Shown piece after piece: positions 26,738 through 38,700 of a DNA stretch of 64,000 nucleotides. The position numbers were made by a program, and so were the translations under genes. Within the stretch, counting starts at the first letter, position 1. Each line of letters starts with the position of its first letter. Below the pieces are notes generated by a model that was given only the letters and a program-made list of their open reading frames with translations, made no database searches and was not told the origin of the DNA. The stretch is from Lama glama (taxonomy: Eukaryota): the NCBI GenBank assembly GCA_028534125.1, contig CM052832.1:23376001-23440000 (forward strand), read 5' to 3'.

Positions 26738-29700
26738 TCAAGACCCCTTTATGTAACAGAACGGATTTAAAGTAGTCTTGCTAAGGTGTCAACTCTCTTT
26801 GCCTAGACATCAACCACAGTCCCCGAGTTTCAGACATCCAGAACAACTACAGACGATCCTGAATCACTGTAATGCAGAATAACTCAGAATTTTTAAAAAA
26901 TCATTTTCTGAAACAGCCACTGAATATGGACTATGGAATCTGCCCGCTCCGGTAGCAAAGATTCCTTAAATGAAATGTGACGAGGTTCTGCCAGCTGCCT
27001 CCCCTTCCGTTTCTGGGCAGGGACGGGGCAAAGCAGTTATGCTGAGATCAGAATACACAAGAACACTCTCACGGCTGAACCGGGGCCAAGACCATCAAAT
27101 TACGGGCCTCTTGTTCTTTTCCTGGAAGGATTCAAGCGGAGAGAAGGTCATAAAGTCAACCATGAAAAACAAGGATAAGAAGCCTGATCCTTGTAGGAAG
27201 GCAAGGTGTCAAGTTCTTTCTTTTTATTTCCTTTTAACATAAAGCAATAAAATTTCAGGGTTTTCTTTTAAGTTGGGAGAGGATCATCCATAATAGCTCT
27301 GTTGCTAGCATTTTTATCCTATAGTCATCATGTTAGATTAAAAAGCCTTTGCGGGAGGGTGTAGCTCAGCAGTAGAGCACCTGGCTATCATGCAGGAGGT
27401 CCTGGGTTCAATCCCCAGTACCTCCATCAAAAAAAATAAATAAACAAACCTAATTATCTCCCCCCCTGCAAAAAACAAACAAAAAACAAAGGCTTTGATT
27501 AGCAACCAAATAAAGAGAGAGACACTCATAAAACTGTTATTGTCATTTTCTTATAGTACTTATCAGCAAAGGCAGGACAAACTCTAGTCTAGAACACACA
27601 GGAATACTCACTAGGTCCTCTGGAAGAGAACAATGATCTGAGGTCTCGGGCTGCCAAAACAAACAAAAAAAGCATTAATTCGGTTAAATTATGAAATATA
27701 GTCTTCAGTGTCAATCTACCTTCAATAAGGTACCCCTTTTCACCAATTAGACTGGGCAAGAAAAAAGTGTGGTAAAGCGTTGCATGAGTGAGGGTGCGGG
27801 GAACACAGCTCCTCGTGTAAGATGTCCTGAGTGGAAATCTAAAAGAATATAACGACTTTGGAGAACAACGTGACAAACTACAAAACTTTCAAATGCATGA
27901 TAATTCGACATTATCTTGTATAACTTAAGATGTACATGCTACAGTTGGCCCTCCGCATCTGTGAGTTCCACATCCACAAAATTAGCCAGCTTTGGATTAA
28001 AAATATTTGAAAAAAAAATTCCAGAAAGTTCCAAAAAGCAAAACCTGAATTTGCCATGCGCCAGCCATGCACCAGCCACTATTTACATTGCATTTGGTAT
28101 TATAAGTAATCTAGAGATGATTAAACTATACAGGAGAATGCCTGTAGGTCATATACAAATACTACGCCATTTATATAAGGAGCTTGAGCATTTTCGGATT
28201 TTGGTATCTGAGGGTTCCTGGAACTAATCCCTATAGATACCTAAGAGATGACTAGATACGCCCAACAATTTTGGAGAGGGTGATTAGGTTTATTTATTTT
28301 TATTTATTTTTAACAGTGGTACTGGGGATTGAACCCAGAACCTTGTGCATGCTAAGCACACACTCTACCACGGAGCTGTACCCTCCCCACATACGCCAGG
28401 CAATTCTAACCTTGCTATACAGACATATCTCAGAGACATTGTGGGTTCAGTTCCAGACCAACCACTGCAATAAAGCAAATATCGCAATGAAGTGAGTCAA
28501 ATGAATTTTCTGATTTCCCAGCACATACAAAAATTGTTTACTCTACACTGCTATCTATTAACGGTACAGCAATATTATGTCTAAAAAAAATACAAGCCTT
28601 AATTAAAAAATGCTTTATTGCTAAAAAATGCTAACTATCATCTGACAACACTTGTTCACCCAAACCTTCAAACTGTAAAAAACGCAGTATCTGCGAAGTA
28701 CAAACATACAAGGTTTGCCTGTGTTTTTGAGAGAGACCCTCGTCCGTGTGCACCAAGAGAAGTATTAGAAAATATTCAAAGGTGCATTGTTTGTAAGAGG
28801 GAAGAGCTAAACACAACCCAGAAGCCCATCAAGAGCAGAATGGGGAAATAAAGTGTATTATACTCAAACAGTGGCACCCTACACGACAATGAGAATTAAC
28901 TACAACCACGCGCTACAACACAGACGCATCTCACAAATGTACCAGGACGTGAAAGCAGCCAAATCCAAAAGCACTCACACTGTAGGATCCCACTGATACA
29001 AAGTGCAAACGCAAGCAAATCACCCACAGCGGTGTAAGTCAGAGAGTAGGTGGGGGGGAAAGGGGTGGATGTCTTGGGCGAAAGGGGGTACAAGGGGGCT
29101 TCTGAGGGGCTAGTAAGGGTTTGACTTCTTTATTGGGAGCTGCCTACATGTGGACTCTGAAAATTCATTGAGCTATGTACTTGGACTTGAGCATTTTCCG
29201 TTTGTATGTCATAGTCCAGTGGAAAAGTTACCTAAATCAACTGAAGACTGGCATACCATATGGCCTGGCAATTCTGGTCCTTGGGATATACTGCAGAGAA
29301 ACTCTGGCATGTGTGCACGAGGAGAGACGTGCAAGAAGGCTCACAGGAGCACTGTGTATAACAGCCCCAAACTAGAAAATCCTCTAGAACAGACGCCCTG
29401 CAGCGGAGTCACACAGTACAGCGCTACACAGCAGGGAAAAGCAATGAAGCCGAGCTGCAGGCATCACCATGGATGCATCTGAAAAACCTCAGTGTGAAGG
29501 CAAAGAGCAAGCTGCAGAGGAAGACAAACAACAGGATCTGGTTTGCAACCAGTGTAAAAATATGCAAAACTTTGTACGTTATTTAGGGTTTCATACATAT
29601 GTATTAACTCTATAACAAAAAGCAAAAGAATAATAAATACAAAATTTGAAATATTGTTCGCTCTTGCAGGAGCAGAAGAGGAAGAGAACTACTGAGGGGC

Positions 29701-32700
29701 ACCCAGGGAGTTACGGAGGCACTGGTAACGTTCTGTTTCTAAAACTGGCTGGTGGGTACATGGTGAGTGTCTGCCTTCATTCTTTACTCCTTACACACAA
29801 ATTAAAAATGCTCTCATGTCTAAGAATGACTTCCTATCAAGACAACTGTCTATATTCTGACACAGCAATTCTATTTCTAGGATTTGATCCTACAAATACA
29901 TTGAAAAATAATATAGATATAAAGCTAGTTTTTACAGCACTGTCACCAATGGTAAACATTTAAATGTCATTTAAATGCCCTTCAATCATGCTAAATTCAT
30001 CATGATACATCCATTCAGTGGACTTTTTATTACACAGTCTTTAAAGACAAAGAGATCTTTATGTACTGGGTTGGAGGCATCTTCAAGATATACTAAATGG
30101 CAAAAAGCAAGCCCCAAAACAGTGTGTGTTGTTTGCTACCATTCTTTTTAATGGTGTTTTACGAGTAAACCTTTCCAGACTTTGTCCCTAACAGAAGACG
30201 ACCAAGCTGAAAATCAAAAGGACTCTGGGTCAAGAGATACCATTTAAAGAAATAATTCAAAAGTTCAGGCTATGGATGGTAATCAATCAGCCTGTAACAG
30301 GAGGGTCTCAAAGGAGGACTTCTTAGGGAGGGGTCGGGAAAGAGATTTAAAAGATGTGATACCATCCTTAGAAACTGGGATTTAAGAAGACCATAAAGCT
30401 TTCCACTTTAAGATGTGTGGAAGAAGCGAAAGGCACGTGTTTTTCAAAAACAGGGAATCTGACACCTCCGAGTTCTCCTGGGCACAAAGTACTTGATGTT
30501 CAAATACATCCAACCAGGTGATGAATCAAAATAAATACTGGGATAGAAGGAACTGTGGTAAGCGCAACTGTGGGGAGCAGTAACTGCACGTAAGGACAAG
30601 AGTAAACGGTGAAGGAAATACGGTCCTAGGGAAAAATGATATTCCAACAGAGCAGACTAAACTAAAAAAAAGAAAAGAAAAGAAAAGAAAAGAAACAGCA
30701 AAACACTAACAAAAATTGAGAGAGAGAAAACTGGTAGGCTGAAGTATGCTGTCAGTGCACTTCTTCCTCTTTCACAGCAGGCTGTCAATTCATAGAATCT
30801 AAAATTGAAACATGCCATTTTGTTGAAAAGCTGGAGTGATTCCAACTTCTTAACATCCTCATCATGTATTTTCTTAACCTTTTAGGGAGCTTTCAGAAAT
30901 TACTATTTCTTGGGGGAAGGGTATAGCTCAGTGGTAGAGTGAGTGCTTAGCATGCACAAGGTCCTGGGTTCAGTCCCCAGTACTGTCATTAAAATTTTTT
31001 TGAACAGAAGTAAATAAAGAAACCTAATTACTGCCCCCTCAAGAAAGAAATTACTGTTTCTTGAAATGAAGAAATAACTATCTTATGTGCATCAATTTCT
31101 TATTTCACTTTGGCTTCTTTAACTTATTTTAAATTATGTTGCATTAAACTCAATCATTTTATGTACAACCAGCATATATAGTATGCTTCCTTAATATGAA
31201 GTTATTTATCCACTAGGCCTTCTCCTTGTATACATGCATGAATACTCTTGAATGAATCTCATTTAATAATGGTTATTTCATGAAGATGACTGCATGAATT
31301 TTTTAAACCATCTTTGTTCTTTTCTACACTGCTTGAATTTTTCAATGATGAACACATAACATGTGTCTAAAAACAAACTCATTCTAAAGAAAGCCTTAAA
31401 CTTTTCAAAAACTACTTAAATTGAAGAAATCATAAATGACACACCGGAAGAAAAATCAAGTAACCAAAAAAAGGGACATGGATAATTTGAACCATTAGTA
31501 GAGATGAAGTCAAAGTTAGATTCCATTATCAGCAAGTGAAAAAGAGGAGCAATTATGGGTAACTCTAAACTACAGTTAAACCAAAGTTAATCAAAGCACA
31601 GTACAAAATGATTTTAATGTAAACTATTAATGTGAAAATCACACATAGTATTTGGTAACATAACATTATTATGCAAATGAGCCTATATATATATACATAT
31701 ACACACACATACATATATATATTTTTTGGAACTGTTTAGAAGCCCTGCTGAAATAGGTTGAGTAAAAATGACCCAAAAGCTAGTAAGTATCTATTAAAAC
31801 AGTCTGCTATTTTTGACTGCTCCCTGGCTGAACTCTTCTTTAAATATAATGATATGCCACTGAGTCTACTTTTCACGTGGAAAGTAATCTGGAGTACAGG
31901 TGCTGGTTAAGGTCAGTGCAGCCATGGTACTGCTCCTGCTAGCTAGACACGCTCCCCTTCACCACACAAGCTCACAGTACCTTTACTCAAACTCCAGTTT
32001 CCATCAGTGCAACCACTCAGTCTGGAAAGTGAATGACCCACTCGCTCAGAGTGAGCCCCCTCCTATTTTTTTTTCCCTTCTCTGCGTCCGAGAGGTCTTC
32101 TACTCTGGAGGTTGAGCTCAAGAATCAATTTAGGGCTAAACTGAAAAGTTTTAGAACAAGACTTGTTAACTGCAGGACCCTGATCCCAGGCTTAGATCAA
32201 TGCTTTCCACCCTTCACTCCCAAATTACCAACATCAGCAATAAAAGAAGGGTACCACAATAAATACCACTGACATTAAAAGGAGAAATAAGAGAACACTG
32301 CAAACAGCTTTAAGCCAACAAACTTGACAATGCAGATGAAACAGACAAATTTCTTAATAAACACAATTTTCCAAAATGGATAGAATAAACCACCTCAGTA
32401 GCCTGTTAAAAAGACTGAATTTGTAATTTTAAAACTTCTCACAAAGAAAATTGGCCTAAATGGCTTTTCTAGTGAATTGTACCAAACATTAACTGAGAAA
32501 TAATATCAGCTATCTACAGACTCTTCAATAAAATGGAGAGGATATATTTTTCTATTCGTTTTATGAAACCAGGGTAACTCTGACAGCAGAACCTAACAAG
32601 GATATTACAAGAAAGAAAATGACAAAGAGTATCTAACATGAACACAAACACAAAAATTCTTAACAAAATATTAGGAAACTGAATCCAATATGGTAAAAGG

Positions 32701-35700
32701 ACAATGCATTAGGAACAAGTGGAATCTTCCCCCCAGGAATGCAAGGTTGTTTCAACATTCCAGAATTGGTGTAATTCACCACATTGATAGATTAAAAAAA
32801 AACATACAATTATCATAAAAGGTAATACAAGTTCTCAGCAAACTAGAAAGGAACTTCCTCAATCTCATAAAAGGCATCTCTGAAAAGCTACAGCCAACAT
32901 TACACATGACGATAAAATACTGACTACATCACTCCTAAGGTTAGGAACAAGGCAAGGAAGTTCACTCTCCCACTTCTATTTAACACTGTACTGGTGGTCC
33001 TGACCAATGGAATAAGGTAAGGAAAAAAAAAGAGCAAAAGGATAAGAGTCTTTTAAAGAAGCAAAACATTCTTTATTCACAGTTGGTATGATTATAGAAA
33101 ACCCAAAGGCATCTCCAAAAAGATCTGTGGAATTTAACAAGACAATAAAGTCTCCAGTATAACGTAATATACAAAAATAAACTGTATTTCTAATAGAATT
33201 GCAACAAACAACTTGAAAAGTTAAAAATACATTCTACTTAAAATCACACACACAAAAATAAAATATCTACAAGTAAATTTAACAGAACACATCCTTAGTG
33301 AAAACTAGAAATCACTGTTGGGAGAAATTAAAGACTTTGAAAAGATGGAGAGATACACTATGCCCATGGGTCAGAACAAGAGTCAGGAAACCTTTTCTAC
33401 AAAAGGCCAGACAGTAAACATTTTAGTCTCTATGAATCATATGGTCTCTGTTACAACTACTCTGTCACTGTGAAATGAAAGCAGCCATAGACAATACATA
33501 ATAAGTATGGTTATGTTCCAATAAAACTTTATTTACAAAAACAGGTAAAGGGTGCCAGATTTGACCCATGAGCTGCAGTTTGTTAACCCCAGGATTAGAA
33601 GACAAAAAAATGTAAAGATGTCAATTCTCCCTCAAATGATCTGTAGATTTCATGCTTTCTAATCAAAATCCCAAAAGTTTTTTTTAAATACTGATAAGTT
33701 GATAATAAAATTTTTATAGAAATGTAAAGGACCTAAAATAGCCTAAACAATCTTAAAAAGAAAAAGTTGGAGGAATTTATACTACCTGATTTTAAGAAGA
33801 TAAACAAGAGCTCAACGGAAGAGAGTCCAGAAACAGACTACATGGATGGCTAACTGATTTTTTTTAACAATGTTGCCAAAGTAATTCAATGGGGAAAAAA
33901 GTATCTTTTGAATAACTAAAAATTTATCTGAGAAAAACTGAATCTTGACCTGTATCTTATACCAAACCCAAACATTAACTCGAGATAGATTAGTGTCCTA
34001 AATAGAAAGGCTAAAACAATAAACCTCCTCAAAGAAAAAACAAAAGACTATCTGTGCAAGTTGAGAGGCTGTCAATGATTTCTCAGAAAAGATACAAAAA
34101 GTTCTAAGCAGAAAAGAAAAAATGGATAAACCAGGCTTCAAAATTAAAAGACTCCTGCTCATCAAAGGACCTATTAAAAAAATGAAAAGGCAAGACAAAG
34201 ACAGTGAAAAATATTCAAGATAACATATCTCATTTCCAGATTACATAAAGAACTTCCACAAGAAGAGTTTTTTGTCTTTCAAAAGATATCTCCAAAGAGG
34301 AACTATGAATGGCCAATAAGCGTATGAAAAGATGTTCAACAGCACTGGTCACCAGGGAAATGCAAATTAAAACCACAATGATAAACCAATACATACCCAG
34401 TAGAATGGCTAAAAAAACCAAACCAAAACAAAGCAATGTACCACCACCAAATGCTGTAGCCTGGTACAACTATAGAANNNNNNNNNNNNNNNNNNNNNNN
34501 NNNNNNNNNNNNNNNNNNNNNNNNNNNNNNNNNNNNNNNNNNNNNNNNNNNNNNNNNNNNNNNNNNNNNNNNNNNNNNNNNNNNNNNNNNNNNNNNNNNN
34601 NNNNNNNNNNNNNNNNNNNNNNNNNNNNNNNNNNNNNNNNNNNNNNNNNNNNNNNNNNNNNNNNNNNNNNNNNNNNNNNNNNNNNNNNNNNNNNNNNNNN
34701 NNNNNNNNNNNNNNNNNNNNNNNNNNNNNNNNNNNNNNNNNNNNNNNNNNNNNNNNNNNNNNNNNNNNNNNNNNNNNNNNNNNNNNNNNNNNNNNNNNNN
34801 NNNNNNNNNNNNNNNNNNNNNNNNNNNNNNNNNNNNNNNNNNNNNNNNNNNNNNNNNNNNNNNNNNNNNNNNNNNNNNNNNNNNNNNNNNNNNNNNNNNN
34901 NNNNNNNNNNNNNNNNNNNNNNNNNNNNNNNNNNNNNNNNNNNNNNNNNNNNNNNNNNNNNNNNNNNNNNNNNNNNNTAAGTAATTGCCAGATATCAAAA
35001 GAGGCAACTATACCAACTGTGGAAGATTGCTAACTGCCCAATTCATCCTGTTTTCCTTACTAACTGGATCTGGATTTTGTCTGATGCTGCAACATGCCCA
35101 GTTATAAAATATCTTCTTCCTTTGTCCCTGCTGTCGTTCAGAGTAGCTGCATGATCCTGTTCTGGCCAATGAGCTAAAAATAGAAATCTACTGGTGGAAC
35201 TTCCAGGAAAGCTCCTGGTTTCCCAATAAAAGAGGGAGAGACTTGGCTGGGACACCCCTCTCGCCCTTTGCCTTTCCCATCTTTTCTGCTTAGAATTCGG
35301 AGTGATGGCTGACAGTGCAGCAACAATCCTGTGGCTGAACCATCAAGCAGCAAAACTGGAAACTAGAAGGAGACTTCCTTGGGCAACTACACCAACTCTG
35401 GACACACTGCTCCTAAATTGCTTATAATGAGAGAAGAATAAAATCCTTAATTGGTTAAGCCAGTATAGTTGAGGTTCTGTTAGACGTGGACCAACACAAT
35501 CCTGATTCAGTGATCGACACAATACATGAAAAGTATACACCATTACTATTTACTGACAACTAAACTAATATCAGTTAATTCAAAAGGAAAACCAACAAAC
35601 GTCATACCTTCACAGCACTATTTGGTTTCATACCACATCGGTAGGTCTTCGCTATCTGTGGAGTAAGCTGGATTTCCTTGGTGAGTTGCCTCCACTTTCT

Positions 35701-38700
35701 ACACTCAGGTTTTGTACACTGAACCTAGATGAAAAGTAAAAAGTCAAGGTCAATGAGTTGGCTCATTTTGACCTAGCATTTCCATCCTCCACCTTTCCCT
35801 TTGCCATCTTCTCCACGTGATTTGGTCAACAACCATCCAGCTCTTCCAAGCACTTTTTTCTCCCCCTTGAATCATTGCCACCCATAAAATCCATTTTAAC
35901 CCCATCAGGCTGATTCCTGATTCAATACCAGCTCATGCCCCGAAAAGCGCAAAGGGGATCTGAGTTCTGTTGTCACAATGGTTTTCTACCCCTAACCTAA
36001 GGAATTCATCAGAGTTAAATTGAGCTGCAGTTAGTCAAGAAAGTATCAAGTTAAATGCAATGTGGTATCCTGGACTGCATCCTGGAACAGTAAAAAGACA
36101 CGAATGAAAACACTAATGAAATCCACGTAAGTCTGTTACGTAGTTATTAGTACTATACCATGTTAATATCTCAGTTTAAGAAATAATCTTGGTGCACCGG
36201 ATGACAACATTAGGAGAAACTGGATGAAGGATATATGGGAACTCTTGCAAATTTTCTACAAAATTAAAATTACCCCAAAATTAAAGTTTATTTTTTAAAA
36301 AAGCATGTAGTTGTCCATCCATAGAAGAATGAAGTTGGATGCCTACTTCACATACATACAAAACTTAATTCACAATGAAGCCAACACCTTAATGTAAGAG
36401 CTAAAGTGGTAAGATACTTAAAAGAAAACATAGGAGTCAACCTCCATGACCTCAGATTTGGCAATGGATTCTTAAATATGACACCAAAAGCATAAGCAAC
36501 AAAAGAAAAAATGGATAAATTGAACTTCACCAAAATAAAAAACTTCTGTGCATTAAAGGAGGCTATCAAGAAGTGAAAAGACAACCTACAGTAGAAAATA
36601 TTTGCAAATCATATATCTGATCAGGGTTAGTATCCAGAATAGATAAAGAACACTTATAATTCAACATGAAAAAGACAAACAACACAACTTAAAAATGGGT
36701 AAAAGACCTGAACAGATCTGTCTCCAAAGGAGATATACAAATGCCAACAAGTACAAGAAAAGATGCATTAGTCATTAGGGAAATACAAACTAAAGCCACA
36801 ACGAGATACCACTTCATGCCCATTAGGACAACTATAATTTTAAAAAATGGTAAACAAGAGTTGGTGAGGATGTGAAACCCGAGCTCTCATACACTGTTGG
36901 TGGGAATGAGAGATGCTGCAGCAGTTAGCTATGGGAAAGATCTTGGCGGGTCCTCAAAAAGTTAAACAGGATTATCATGACCTAGCCATTTGATTCCTAG
37001 GAATGTACCCGGAAGAACTGAAAACAAGTATTCAATTAAATATCTGTACACAAATAGTCAAAGCAGCACTATTTGCAATAACTAAAAGGTGGAAATGAAC
37101 CAAATGTCCACCAACAGATGAATGGATAAGTAAAATGTAGCAAATCATACAGTGGAATATTATTCACCCATCAAAGGAAAGGAAATACTAATACATGCTA
37201 CAGCAAGGATGAACCTTAAACACACTATGTTAAGTGAAAAAAGCCAGATATGAAAGGTCACATTCTGCATGATTCCTTTACATAGAACATCCAAACTGGA
37301 AAATCCATAAAGACAGACAGACTAGTGGTTGCCAAGGGCTGGAGACAGAGAGAAATGGGAGGTGACTGCTTACTAGGCACAAGTTTCCTTTGTGGATGAT
37401 GAAAATGTTTCGGAATTAGATAGAGGTGGTGGTTGCACAACACTGTGAATGTACTAAATGCCACTGAATTGTACAATTTAAAGTGGCTAATTTTATGTGA
37501 ATTTAAAGTCATGTGAATGTCACTTCAATAAAAACAATTCTTTATTTGGTGGGGGAGGTTATAAAACATTTTCTAAGTATGTAGAGAAGCTTAAATTACC
37601 TAGAATATTAAATATTAATCAGCAAATCATTTATTAAATGATGGCATATTTATATAATATATGCAATTACTAAAATATATTTTCAAAGAATGGCTAAGTG
37701 GAAAATACAAACTTGAAGGAAAAAAAAACTAAAAATTACCAAAAAGTTACCTGCAAAGTATGATTTTAAACCTGATTAGGATTTACATATAAAGCATGAA
37801 ACTGTTAAACATACACGTAAAAGCATGAAAAGAAAAAAAGATTAGAGATATGTGCCAAACTTAGCCACGCCTATCCGCACCTGGTGATCTGAGTCTTTAG
37901 TTCCTTTACACTATTATGTTGAGTTACAGGATTTTTCTCCCAAAATTAAAAATGTGTTTTGCTCTAGTAGTTATAGAAAGAGTAAATGTAGTTAAAGAAA
38001 AAACTGCTAAAAATTGCTACTTTCATCCATTCCTCTTGCTTTTAGCTCCACAAATGCTTCACATAACAATGAGGTGTTATCTTTTTTACCCAGTAAGGGA
38101 GTTGCTGGTCGGCCATGAAAGCTTTGGGACTCGGCTCAGTTTTTCCATTGCTTGTCCATATTTTTTTCCAAGTAGTATATTTGTCATATCCATCCTTATG
38201 GCTGAAAAAGGATAAAAATAAATGTTATCAAGCTATAAGTTATTCAGGTTTTCAAAACAAGAGGCAGATACAAATCCCTTATAAAGGACTTAACTAGCCA
38301 TATAATAAAGGGGGGGAGTGGTTATCACAGCACCCGTAAAACAGGCTGCATTTCTATCAGCGTTAGTATCTAAAACTATCAAGAAGATGGTTACCCGTCT
38401 GTCCAGGACTCACTACTTGTCAGCATCCTCCCCCAAATCTTTGCATCCTGCCCCCACGCACTGGCACAGCAAAGCAGCTCTCCTAGGTTTTTAAGCATTT
38501 GCAAACTAAAGAGAATAGCTGTCTCATGGCAGATACTTTTTGAGCCCTGAATATGCACACACGTAAGCATACATACATGCAAACTACTGCATCAAGGTCC
38601 CGACACACCTGCAGTCAGCACAGGTGTGGCTGAAACAGTGGGCTCATTCAGTAAGCCCGGGGGCTCAGACTGATCCCCATCCATCTGATGCCCTCTGCTG

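Noticed and set aside
32220..37535. Reverse-transcriptase-like and L1 ORF2-like peptides, also at 4447-5070
   Set aside because: Fragmented old L1 with stops and frameshifts; not an active element or a domesticated gene.
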